Counted from the stretch's first letter, positions 26,391 to 34,595 are shown. The stretch: DNA of 44,836 bases from an uncultured Candidatus Saccharibacteria bacterium (GCA_964591325.1 CAZQAQ010000004.1:1-44836); one strand, 5' to 3'. The notes: generated by a model not told the origin, from the letters alone. Translations and numbers: made by a program.

Positions 26391-27518
26391 ATGAAAACAA
26401 CAGGATTGTCTGGTAATGAAGTTTATTGTTTAGATAAAATTGGTTATAAAGCAGGTGATATAGTTGTTGGAAATAGTGTCCACTCACTAGGTTTTGGAAG
26501 AAGTATTGGTTCTGCTTTTAGGGCAATTGCAGGTGGAGAAATTACGCAAGTTACAAACCTTATTGAAGAAGGAAGAGCTTCCGCACTAGAACGAATGGAA
26601 AAAGAAGCTAAAGATAAAGGAAGTATAGGTATAACTGGAGTTAGTAGTGAAATAGTATTTCATGGTCAAAATCTAGAGTTTCTTTCTATTGGATCAGGAT
26701 TGCATACAAAAAATAATAATGGAGAAAAGGAGAATTTTGCATTTAGCACTTCTGCTGACGGACAAGACTTGTATGCACAAGTGGATGCGGGATATGAACC
26801 AAAAAAGTTCGTGTTCGGTAATGTTGCTTACTCTATAGGAATTGCAGGCGGTTTGATCGGAGCTTTTAAAACACTAGCAAGAGGGGAAATAAGAGAGTTT
26901 TCAGATATATTCAATAAAACAAGACATCTAGCACTAGAGAGAATAACAAATGAAGCAAAAAAGGTTGGAGCAAATTCTGTTGTTGGTATAGAGACAACTA
27001 TACTTCCATTTATGGGTTTTCAGGAAATGCTTATGATAGGTACAGCCTCTTATAACCCAGCTTTACCAAAAGATACTGTTACAACAAGCGATCTTACACC
27101 ACAAGAAATGTGGAATCTAAATAAAATGGGTTATGCTCCAGAAAAATTGCTTATAGGTACTTCAGTTTATTCACTAGGTTTGGTTGGAGGTATAACTTCG
27201 GCTTTGAAGTCTTTTGTAAAAGGGGAGATTACTGAATTATCATCACTTATTTATGAAGCTCGTGAAAATGCTTTGGCAATAATAAATAAACAAGCTGAAG
27301 AGATAGGTGCAGATGAAGTAGTTGGAGTAAAGACATATGTTTATCAACTTGGTAGTGGTCTTATAGAGTTTATGGCTATTGGTACAGCAGTAAAGAAAGT
27401 AAATGGACTTACAAGTAAGAGCAATGAACTTATACCTCAAGTTTTCTCTCAAGATTGGGATACATTTGTAAATACAGCAGAGTTTAGTTTTGGGGTAGAT
27501 TTGAATAACGGGATTTAA
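26391..27518 (+). CDS. protein made of three tandem YbjQ/UPF0145 (DUF74) domains
   Basis: 375 aa. Three repeats of the pattern G.S..S.G....I.SA......GEI.....L....R..AL.R...EA...GA..VVG. Confidence 0.7.
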   Translation: MKTTGLSGNEVYCLDKIGYKAGDIVVGNSVHSLGFGRSIGSAFRAIAGGEITQVTNLIEEGRASALERMEKEAKDKGSIGITGVSSEIVFHGQNLEFLSIGSGLHTKNNNGEKENFAFSTSADGQDLYAQVDAGYEPKKFVFGNVAYSIGIAGGLIGAFKTLARGEIREFSDIFNKTRHLALERITNEAKKVGANSVVGIETTILPFMGFQEMLMIGTASYNPALPKDTVTTSDLTPQEMWNLNKMGYAPEKLLIGTSVYSLGLVGGITSALKSFVKGEITELSSLIYEARENALAIINKQAEEIGADEVVGVKTYVYQLGSGLIEFMAIGTAVKKVNGLTSKSNELIPQVFSQDWDTFVNTAEFSFGVDLNNGI

Positions 27519-27555
27519 AAAATAAAATAAAAATAAACAAAAGATATCCACATAA

Positions 27556-27613
27556 AGTGGGTATTTTTGTTTGCATTGAACATAGAAGTGGGATAAAATA
27601 GTAGCTAAGTGGG
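27556..27613 (+). promoter_or_regulatory. three direct AGTGGG repeats: candidate MraZ operator
   Basis: aAAGTGGGt at 27556, gAAGTGGGa at 27587, tAAGTGGGa at 27608. Spacings of 31 and 21 nt put them on roughly the same helical face. They straddle the mra promoter. Confidence 0.55.
27571..27599 (+). promoter_or_regulatory. sigma70-type promoter of the dcw (mra) cluster
   Basis: TTGCAT, 17-nt spacer, TAAAAT. The spacer contains the middle AGTGGG box. Confidence 0.5.
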
Positions 27614-27670
27614 AAGAAGTAGCAAATATGTTTTTTGCCCAAAATATATTTCACTTCAACCACTGGGCAT

Positions 27671-28114
27671 ATGCTTATCGGAGAATACCAACATTCATTT
27701 GATGATAAAAGTCGCATTTCACTTCCTGCGAAGTTCAGAAAGGAAATGGGAAAAAAAGTCATCATAGCACCAGGAATAGACAATTGTTTATTTGTCTTTA
27801 CGGTGAAAGGATGGAAAGAATTCACCGATCGTCTTTCAAACAGTACTTCTACATCTGTACTTCAGACTGACAACAGAAACTTCAACCGACTTATCATAGG
27901 TCGCGCAGCAGAAGTTGATGTTGATGGAGTAGGGAGGATGCTCGTTCCAGAGCATTTGCGATTGCATGCGGGGCTTACAGTAAAAAGCACCATTATCGGC
28001 ATCGTCAATCGCGTAGAAATATGGGATTCAGCTACATGGGAAACATATAGAAATGAATTTGGTAAAAAGACGGACAATATTGCCGAGAAATTGATTTCTG
28101 CGGGAATAATATAG
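27671..28114 (+). CDS. mraZ: transcriptional regulator MraZ
   Basis: MLIGEYQHSFDDKSRISLPAKFR and a second SpoVT/AbrB-like half (GRMLVPEHLR). The track start at 27635 is a non-ATG extension. Confidence 0.85.
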   Translation: MLIGEYQHSFDDKSRISLPAKFRKEMGKKVIIAPGIDNCLFVFTVKGWKEFTDRLSNSTSTSVLQTDNRNFNRLIIGRAAEVDVDGVGRMLVPEHLRLHAGLTVKSTIIGIVNRVEIWDSATWETYRNEFGKKTDNIAEKLISAGII

Positions 28115-28122
28115 GCATAAAT

Positions 28123-29052
28123 ATGAACAATACAGAAATTCTACACATTCCAGTACTCAAGAAAGAAACAATACAAGGACTACTTGTTTCTCCACATGAT
28201 ATATATCTTGATGGAACACTAGGTAGTGGTGGTCATGCAGAATTTGCAATAGAGAGCGCAGGGGGCGATATAACAGTTATTGGTTTGGATAAAGATAACA
28301 ATGCTTTAGCTAGATCAAAAAACAGATTGGAGAACTTTGTAAAGGAAAAAGGATATAAAAATACCAAACTATATTTTATCCAAAGCAGTTTTGGTGATAT
28401 AGATAAAGTTTTAAATAATTTAGGTATAGAAAAAGTAGATAAAATAATTTTGGATATAGGTGTTTCTTCAGAGGAAATAGATATTTCAGGAAGAGGTTTC
28501 TCTTTTAAAAGAGATGAACCATTACTTATGACTCTAAAGGATACAGTTGAAGAAGGAGACATTACTGCAGAAGTGATAGTCAATACTTGGGGAGAGGAAA
28601 CAATAGCAGATCTTATATACGCTTACGGAGAAGAAAGATATTCTAGAAAGATAGCAAAAGCAATAGTTATAAATAGAGATATAAAGCCAATTAAAACAAC
28701 TTTCGATCTTGTAGACATTATAAATAGTGCTGTGCCTGGAAGTTATAAGAGAGGAAAGATTCATCCAGCGACAAGAACTTTTCAAGCCCTGAGAATTACA
28801 GTAAATGATGAATTAACAACTCTTAAACATGGTCTAGACAAAGGACTAAATAGTCTAAAGTCTGGTGGGAGAATGGCGGTAATATCATTTCACAGTTTAG
28901 AAGATAGAATAGTTAAAAACTTTTTTAGGGAAAAATCAAAAGAAAATCAAATAATTTTAATAAATAAAAAGCCGATTGTTCCCACAGATGAAGAGATAGA
29001 AATTAATAAAAGATCAAGAAGTGCAAAATTAAGAATTATAGAAAAGAAATAG
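28123..29052 (+). CDS. rsmH: 16S rRNA (cytosine1402-N4)-methyltransferase RsmH
   Basis: 309 aa. HIPVLKKE, DGTLGSGGH, LDIGVSS, SFHSLEDRIVK. Confidence 0.9.
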   Translation: MNNTEILHIPVLKKETIQGLLVSPHDIYLDGTLGSGGHAEFAIESAGGDITVIGLDKDNNALARSKNRLENFVKEKGYKNTKLYFIQSSFGDIDKVLNNLGIEKVDKIILDIGVSSEEIDISGRGFSFKRDEPLLMTLKDTVEEGDITAEVIVNTWGEETIADLIYAYGEERYSRKIAKAIVINRDIKPIKTTFDLVDIINSAVPGSYKRGKIHPATRTFQALRITVNDELTTLKHGLDKGLNSLKSGGRMAVISFHSLEDRIVKNFFREKSKENQIILINKKPIVPTDEEIEINKRSRSAKLRIIEKK

Positions 29053-29058
29053 AATAAC

Positions 29059-29388
29059 ATGAAGAATATAATAGGAAATACATATAAGACAATAATCAGA
29101 AATAAAGAGAATATTTTTTCAGTTTTGATTGTTGCAATACTAGTATCCGGAATTGCATACGGTATTATACTAAAAAAGACTGTAGAAAACGTAGTTGAAA
29201 GAGAAAAGATTTCAAAAGAATCAAAGACACTTCTAACAGATATTAGTGATCTTGAGACAAAGTATTTCTCTATGAAAAATAGTGTTACAACAGAAATTGC
29301 TTATGCAAAAGGATTTAAAAATCCAAAGACAACCTCATACATATCTACAAAGGATCTTACTGCTATGGCAATAAAAAATGAATTCTGA
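29059..29388 (+). CDS. ftsL: FtsL-like division protein
   Basis: 109 aa with a single TM helix followed by a coiled-coil. Call is by position between rsmH and ftsI. Confidence 0.55.
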   Translation: MKNIIGNTYKTIIRNKENIFSVLIVAILVSGIAYGIILKKTVENVVEREKISKESKTLLTDISDLETKYFSMKNSVTTEIAYAKGFKNPKTTSYISTKDLTAMAIKNEF

Positions 29389-31093
29389 AATCAACCTTAG
29401 AATAAGGATTTTATTAGTATTTCCGTGTATTTTTGCTGTTGTAATAATAGCTAGACTTTATTATTTACAGATAATTAGCGGTGAGCAATACACGGTAAAA
29501 GCTGATAATCAGTACATCAGAAATTCAGACAACTTACTTGATAGAGGAACAATATTCTTTCAGGGTAAAGAAGGTGTAAGAGCAGCGGGGGCAATAATGA
29601 AAGATGGATATACTTTGGTCATAAATCCAAAGAAGATAGAGGATATTCAATATACTTTTGAAGCATTAAGTCAGTTTATAGATATACCAAAAGAAGAATT
29701 TATAGCAAAGGCAAATAAAGATGACCAATATGAGGAAATTAAGAAGAGGTTATCAAAAGAAGTTGGTATTTCAATACAAGGTTTAAAATTGAAAGGGGTT
29801 TCAGTAATAAAAGAAAACTGGAGAGTATATCCAGGTGGCTCTATATCAGCACAAACTATAGGGATAACTGGTTATGGTAATTCAGATACAATTGCTGGAA
29901 GGTATGGACTTGAAAGTTATTATGAAAATGTACTTGGTAGATCTAGATCAGCTCAAAGTGTAAATTTCTTTGCTGAACTTTTTTCTGATATAAAAAATGG
30001 AATAACATTAAATGAAGAAAGTAAGGGTGATATTGTAGCTTCTATAGATCCTGCAGTGCAGAGCTATACCGAAACAATATTAAAAAAAGTAAAAGACACT
30101 TGGAAATCAGACTCTATAGGAGCAATAATAATGAATCCAAAAAATGGTGAAATATATACCATGGCTTCATTGCCAAGCTTTGATCCAAATAATTTAAAAG
30201 AAGTAAAAGACGTAAAACTATTTTCAAATCCTCTTGTTGAGAATGTATATGAAATGGGATCAATCATAAAACCACTTACAATGGCTGTAGGTATAGATAC
30301 AGGTGCAATAAATGCAGATTCAACATATAACGATACAGGTTTTATGATGTTAAATGGTAAAAGAATTGCAAACTATGACGGTAAAGCCAGAGGCGTAATA
30401 TCTGTAAGAGAAGTTCTTGGTCAATCACTAAACGTCGGTGCTGCGACTGTAGCTTTAAAGGTTGGGAATGAAAGATTTTCTGAATATTTCAAAAGTTTTG
30501 GTCTAGGTGAAAAAACAGGTATAGACCAGCCAAATGAAACAAAAGGGATTATTGATAACTTAAATAGTACAAGAGATATAGAGCATGCCACAGCTTCATA
30601 TGGCCAAGGAATTGCTATGTCACCAATAGAAACTATAAGAGCGCTATCAGTTATAGCAAACGGTGGTATGCTCATAAAGCCTCATATAGTAAATAGTATT
30701 GAATATATTGATGGCAGAACTGAGAATCTATTAGATGGCGAATCTTTAAGGGTTATAGAGAGTGATACAGCAACAGATGTGACCAAGATGTTAGTTTCTG
30801 TAGTTGATAATTCTATTTCAAAAGCACATCCTGATATAAAGATGGAGCATTATACAATAGCTGCAAAGACTGGTACGGCTCAGATTGCAGATCATGTAAA
30901 CGGAGGGTATTATAGTGACAGGTATTTACATTCATTTTTTGGATATTTCCCAGCTTATGATCCAAAGGTTATTGTATTTATTTATCAAGTTTATCCAAAG
31001 GGCGCACAATACGCCTCTGAAACACTTGTAGATCCATTTACTGAAATTACAAAATTCCTTATTAGCTATTACGATATTCCACCAGATAGATAA
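29378..31093 (+). CDS. ftsI: division-type class B penicillin-binding protein (FtsI-like)
   Basis: 571 aa. TM anchor, SxxK (GSIIKP), SxN (SLN), KTG (KTGTAQ). Confidence 0.8.
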   Translation: MNSEINLRIRILLVFPCIFAVVIIARLYYLQIISGEQYTVKADNQYIRNSDNLLDRGTIFFQGKEGVRAAGAIMKDGYTLVINPKKIEDIQYTFEALSQFIDIPKEEFIAKANKDDQYEEIKKRLSKEVGISIQGLKLKGVSVIKENWRVYPGGSISAQTIGITGYGNSDTIAGRYGLESYYENVLGRSRSAQSVNFFAELFSDIKNGITLNEESKGDIVASIDPAVQSYTETILKKVKDTWKSDSIGAIIMNPKNGEIYTMASLPSFDPNNLKEVKDVKLFSNPLVENVYEMGSIIKPLTMAVGIDTGAINADSTYNDTGFMMLNGKRIANYDGKARGVISVREVLGQSLNVGAATVALKVGNERFSEYFKSFGLGEKTGIDQPNETKGIIDNLNSTRDIEHATASYGQGIAMSPIETIRALSVIANGGMLIKPHIVNSIEYIDGRTENLLDGESLRVIESDTATDVTKMLVSVVDNSISKAHPDIKMEHYTIAAKTGTAQIADHVNGGYYSDRYLHSFFGYFPAYDPKVIVFIYQVYPKGAQYASETLVDPFTEITKFLISYYDIPPDR

Positions 31094-31127
31094 AATATAG
31101 AAAAAGATAGATAAATAAACAGAAAAT

Positions 31128-32411
31128 ATGAAATCAATATTTAAAAAAATTATTACAAATATTTTGTTTTTAGAGTCAAAATTGATTCTAAAAAAGTATA
31201 AACCATACATAATCGCCGTTACAGGAAGTGTAGGTAAGACATCAACAAAAGATGCTATATATAGCCTAATATCATCAAATCTAAAGGTTAGAAAAAGTGA
31301 AAAGAGTTTCAATAGTGAAATAGGTGTACCACTTACTATTTTAGGTGTTGCAAATGCTTGGAGTGATCCTGTAGCTTGGCTAAAGAATATTTTCTATGGT
31401 TTAGAGCTTATATTTTTTAAATTTCCTTATCCAGAATGTTTGGTGGTAGAAGTAGGAGCTGATCACCCAAACGATATTAAGAACGTAGCTAAATGGTTAA
31501 AACCAGATATAGCTGTTTTAACAAAGGTTGGTAGTGTACCAGTGCATGTAGAATTTTTCCCCTCAATAGAGTCACTTTTACTTGAGAAATTTCAATTACC
31601 AAAAGCATTAAAAAAAGATGGAATATTTATATTTTCAAACGACGATATAGCTATAAAGAGTCTAGCTCCAGCTATTGAGAGAAAACAATTTACTTTTGCA
31701 ATAGACAATAATGCAGACCTTACAGCAAAAGACGAAAGTATATTATATGAAGAGAGAGATGGTCTGAAATTTCCTATAGGAATATCATTTAATTTAAATT
31801 TAAATAATACAAATCATATAGTAAAACTCGAAGGGGTTATAGGTAAACAACATATTTATCCTATACTTGGCGCAGTTTCAGTTGCTATTCAAAAAAATAT
31901 TCCAATAGAAAATATAATAAATAATATTTCAAAACATATTCCTCCAAGAGGTAGAATGAATATAATAAAAGGTATAAATGATTCTACAATTATCGATGAT
32001 ACCTACAATTCATCTCCAGACGCATTACATGAAGCTATAAATGCATTAAAAAAGATTGAAACTTCTGGTAGAAAGATATTGGTAATAGGGGATATGATGG
32101 AATTGGGACAGTATTCAAAGAGTGAACATGAAAAGATAAGAGGGGCAATGAATGGGGGAGTTTTCGATGTTATAACAGTTGGTCAAAGAGCAAAGGTGAT
32201 AGCTAGAACTACAAAAAATGATAAATCATTTAACAATTCTATAGAAGCAGGTGAATATATGAAGTCTATAATAACAAAAGGGGATATTGTCCTAGTAAAA
32301 GGATCTCAATCTATGCGTATGGAAAGAGTTACAAAATCTATTATGTTAAATCCAGAAAAAGCACCACAACTACTAGTTAGACAAGATCCAGAGTGGCTTG
32401 CTAAGGAGTAG
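31128..32411 (+). CDS. murF: UDP-MurNAc-tripeptide--D-Ala-D-Ala ligase MurF
   Basis: 427 aa. VTGSVGKTSTKD P-loop. DDTYNSSPDAL is the MurF-type motif, not the MurE-type DYAHTPDAL. Confidence 0.85.
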   Translation: MKSIFKKIITNILFLESKLILKKYKPYIIAVTGSVGKTSTKDAIYSLISSNLKVRKSEKSFNSEIGVPLTILGVANAWSDPVAWLKNIFYGLELIFFKFPYPECLVVEVGADHPNDIKNVAKWLKPDIAVLTKVGSVPVHVEFFPSIESLLLEKFQLPKALKKDGIFIFSNDDIAIKSLAPAIERKQFTFAIDNNADLTAKDESILYEERDGLKFPIGISFNLNLNNTNHIVKLEGVIGKQHIYPILGAVSVAIQKNIPIENIINNISKHIPPRGRMNIIKGINDSTIIDDTYNSSPDALHEAINALKKIETSGRKILVIGDMMELGQYSKSEHEKIRGAMNGGVFDVITVGQRAKVIARTTKNDKSFNNSIEAGEYMKSIITKGDIVLVKGSQSMRMERVTKSIMLNPEKAPQLLVRQDPEWLAKE

Positions 32412-32447
32412 GAAATGTTTTAAAGTGTTGTAGGTGAATATGTAATT

Positions 32448-32543
32448 TATGGAGTGAAAATATGTTTTTATCGTCCTGCGGAACTCGCTACGCAAGCTCC
32501 GCTCAGACAGTCCTCGGACTCAAAAACACATTTCCACTCCATA
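32448..32543 (-). ncRNA. 96-nt nested imperfect hairpin (candidate structured RNA or palindromic element)
   Basis: A 22-bp AT-rich outer stem (32448-32469 / 32522-32543) encloses a GC-rich 11-bp inner stem (32478-32488 / 32492-32502). All four mismatches are A-C on the plus strand, which become G-U pairs on the minus strand. Confidence 0.4.
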
Positions 32544-32597
32544 GTAAATAAGTATCATTTTTCATTCATAAATACTTATATATTTTTATCAGTTATT

Positions 32598-32669
32598 GGC
32601 CCTATCGTCTATCGGCTAGGACGGAGCCTTCTCAAGGCTCAAAGCAGGGTTCGATTCCCTGTAGGGTCA
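32598..32669 (+). tRNA. tRNA-Glu (anticodon CUC)
   Basis: Full cloverleaf. Acceptor GGCCCTA/TAGGGTC. D-arm GTCT-ATCGGCTA-GGAC. Anticodon arm GAGCC-TTCTCAA-GGCTC. T-arm CAGGG-TTCGATT-CCCTG. Discriminator A. CCA is not encoded. Confidence 0.9.
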
Positions 32670-32670
32670 T

Positions 32671-32714
32671 GCAATAAAAACAAAGGGCATATAGATGCCT
32701 TTTGTTTTTGTTGC
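32671..32714 (+). terminator. 20-bp hairpin immediately 3' of tRNA-Glu
   Basis: GCAATAAAAACAAAGGGCAT-atag-ATGCCTTTTGTTTTTGTTGC. The two non-Watson-Crick positions are G-U on the plus strand. The U-rich tract lies inside the 3' arm. Confidence 0.55.
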
Positions 32715-32738
32715 ATATGATACTACTGGAGATGAGAA

Positions 32739-32804
32739 AGCCGGAGGTTGCGAAGGCAACCGAGGCGGGGTCGCTGGCGAGGCTAGCAAGCCGAGACCTG
32801 TGAC
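32739..32804 (+). other. GC-rich non-coding segment with two hairpins
   Basis: GCC[gga]GGTTGC-gaag-GCAACC[ga]GGC at 32739-32766 and GGTC[gct]GGC-11 nt-GCC[ga]GACC at 32769-32798. Composition contrasts sharply with the AT-rich flanks. Confidence 0.5.
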
Positions 32805-32825
32805 CGATTCCCTGTAGGGTCACCA
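32805..32825 (+). repeat. 18-nt direct copy of the tRNA-Glu 3' end, plus CCA
   Basis: CGATTCCCTGTAGGGTCA at 32805-32822 is identical to 32652-32669. It is followed by CCA, whereas the intact gene is followed by TGC. The 5' strand of the T-stem is absent, so this is a fragment. Confidence 0.85.
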
Positions 32826-32826
32826 T

Positions 32827-32856
32827 TTGACACAGTATATATAGTATGATTATATT
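32827..32856 (+). promoter_or_regulatory. sigma70-type promoter abutting the tRNA-end repeat
   Basis: TTGACA (32827-32832), 18-nt spacer, TATATT (32851-32856). Confidence 0.4.
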
Positions 32857-32917
32857 AAATGGGAATACTTTGAAATATTATAATAAATAGAACGAAACAA
32901 AGAAAGGAAAAGTAGTT

Positions 32918-33361
32918 ATGTCTGCACGAAACAGAGTCAACCAGCAGCGTTTTTGGGATCAGTGGCTTCAGTCCGGAGCGGTTGGTGGGATAGTAATCTA
33001 TGGAATGTCCACAGATGGTCCAACTCCGCCACCTTGCAATCGGAAGATTCTTAAAAAAGGCAGAGGTGTCTGTGTTCTTGATGGAAGCTCTAATGCTATC
33101 GAAACCTGGGTCCGGGCAGTGGCAATGAAGGCAGACGCTCAAGTTGACTGGCATTACAGCGGAGGGCGTGCGAATGTTCTCCATCTCGGCGATGACGAGA
33201 GTCGTCAACGGGTACTGAACGTCATCGAGGAGCTCAAGGACGAACTCAACGGATGCATCCTGAGTGTCGGTGGACCTGCACTCTACCGTGCAGGCGACGA
33301 GGTTCCCGCAGGAACAGTCGCTGTTGACCCAGACCTCGGACCTATTGTCGCCAATATGTGA
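32918..33361 (+). CDS. hypothetical protein (147 aa, markedly G+C-rich)
   Basis: AAAGGAAAAG RBS region. Clean ORF in the most GC-rich stretch of the window. Terminator at 33377-33415. No motif recognised. Confidence 0.6.
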   Translation: MSARNRVNQQRFWDQWLQSGAVGGIVIYGMSTDGPTPPPCNRKILKKGRGVCVLDGSSNAIETWVRAVAMKADAQVDWHYSGGRANVLHLGDDESRQRVLNVIEELKDELNGCILSVGGPALYRAGDEVPAGTVAVDPDLGPIVANM

Positions 33362-33376
33362 AAGTAAACCTCGTAC

Positions 33377-33415
33377 GAACCCCGCGAGAAAAACAAAGGG
33401 GTTCTTTTTATTTTC
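33377..33415 (+). terminator. rho-independent terminator
   Basis: GAACCCC-14 nt loop-GGGGTTC followed by TTTTTATTTT. Confidence 0.55.
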
Positions 33416-33584
33416 ATTACGATGTCTTGTCTATCTCTAGTTTTGTTACTATTGAGGTAAAAGTAACAAGGACTTCTTTTTATAAAACTAGGCTTTTACG
33501 TACTTATCCAAGTGACTTCCAAACATCACGATCACTTCATTCCAGCGAAGAACCTCACTTTCAAAAGTATGAGTTCTGAATTTT

Positions 33585-33627
33585 GAAAAAGAAAACCCAC
33601 CGAAGCAGGTTTTCCTGTTCAGTGGGC
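33585..33627 (-). terminator. rho-independent terminator (same family as 3856 and 5426)
   Basis: The minus strand reads GCCCACTGAACAGGAAAACCTGCTTCGGTGGGTTTTCTTTTTC. Confidence 0.75.
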
Positions 33628-33640
33628 AATGTTTTTGCAG

Positions 33641-34297
33641 TTAGGCCGCTACGGTGGATTTGACCTCAAACAATCGTGCATCACGATAGCTAAGTGGGCT
33701 TTCAAAATAGATATTGCCGATTTGGAGACCGACAAAGAGGTTGTCTGCTTCATGTCCAAATTTTAAGACGCCATGTCGCGCAACGAATTCCTCGGTGATT
33801 TTCTGTTCCAAGTCATCTCCAAAGTACCCAACACTTTCAGTTGAGACAAGACTACCTTTAGGTGACAGCAAGTCAACCAACTCTTCGAACTCAACAGACC
33901 ATACTGGCTTGCCGGACAACAAACATTCGTCATATCGAACCGATTCAATCAGGTTCGCTTCAATTTTTAATGCAAATTGGTTGCCTACCTCCTTTGCGAC
34001 GACATTGAACACAAACCGGCTAAGGTCAATGTTGATGTCCGCGTGCTTGTCGCCAAACTCATCCACGACTTTGTCGAGGAAAAATTGGGCATCATGGTTC
34101 TGCAGGCAGATTTGTGGACCACTTCCGTCAATCAATTGCCGGAACGCTTCCTGCAACTGCAATGGATTTCTTCGCAGTCTATCAACCTGCTCTTGAGACA
34201 AACCACGGATAACCGGTGACAGGGCTTTCGTGACTTCAGCTGCCAACGACAGGGCACTACCAACACTAACAGTTGTTTTCGAGGATGTTTTACTCAT
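33641..34297 (-). CDS. hypothetical protein (218 aa, higher G+C)
   Basis: AAAGGAGAGGAAA RBS region upstream on the minus strand. Own terminator. No motif recognised. Confidence 0.6.
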   Translation of the reverse strand: MSKTSSKTTVSVGSALSLAAEVTKALSPVIRGLSQEQVDRLRRNPLQLQEAFRQLIDGSGPQICLQNHDAQFFLDKVVDEFGDKHADINIDLSRFVFNVVAKEVGNQFALKIEANLIESVRYDECLLSGKPVWSVEFEELVDLLSPKGSLVSTESVGYFGDDLEQKITEEFVARHGVLKFGHEADNLFVGLQIGNIYFESPLSYRDARLFEVKSTVAA

Positions 34298-34564
34298 AAG
34301 AGTTGTTTCCTCTCCTTTCTTTTATTGTTGTTTAGGTACTAAATGGCGATTTTCTAATACATCATTAGATGTGTCAATTAACCATAAATATCATGTCATA
34401 GCTTAGCAAGTAAGTCAATATTATGTATTTTTTTAAATTATTTCTTTAAGTACTGCAAATAGCATTCAATCCGCTAGAGAAAGACAAATCCAGGCTCAAA
34501 AGGAAGAACAAATAAAAAATAATAATACTTATACAAACGTCTCAAAATCAAATAAATAACAGTC

Positions 34565-34595
34565 TTGCCAAGATAATTTTATTATGTGATATAAT
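34565..34595 (+). promoter_or_regulatory. extended -10 sigma70-type promoter
   Basis: TTGCCA, 19-nt spacer ending in TGa, then TATAAT. Confidence 0.45.

Noticed and set aside
953-27670. Upstream non-ATG starts in the ORF track (953, 7468, 15410, 16458, 19254, 27635; also 34611 and 36968)
   Set aside because: In most cases an internal ATG has a GGAGG/AAGGA site at proper spacing, or matches the conserved N-terminus of the family (MraZ MLIGEY, MreB, ProS MKQSKLF). For holB (16458 vs 16536) no such evidence was seen and the internal start is a guess. The extensions are retained only as alternatives.
32448-32543. SRP (4.5S) RNA or an intrinsic terminator of murF
   Set aside because: The apical GNRA tetraloop and the conserved GGAA/AGCA symmetric-loop motifs of SRP RNA are absent. 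No U-tract follows the hairpin on either strand.
32454-32826. ORFs 32454..32720 (+) and 32632..32826 (-)
   Set aside because: They run straight through the nested hairpin, the tRNA-Glu gene, its hairpin and the GC-rich non-coding segment. Their open frames are a by-product of structured RNA and GC-rich DNA.
32855-34219. Antisense or overlapping ORFs 32855..33208 (-), 33358..33579 (+), 33714..34196 (+), 33763..33948 (-) and 33977..34219 (+)
   Set aside because: Long alternative frames are expected in G+C-rich DNA. The chosen frames (32918 + and 33641 -) have an RBS and a dedicated terminator. The ORF at 33358 crosses a terminator hairpin.
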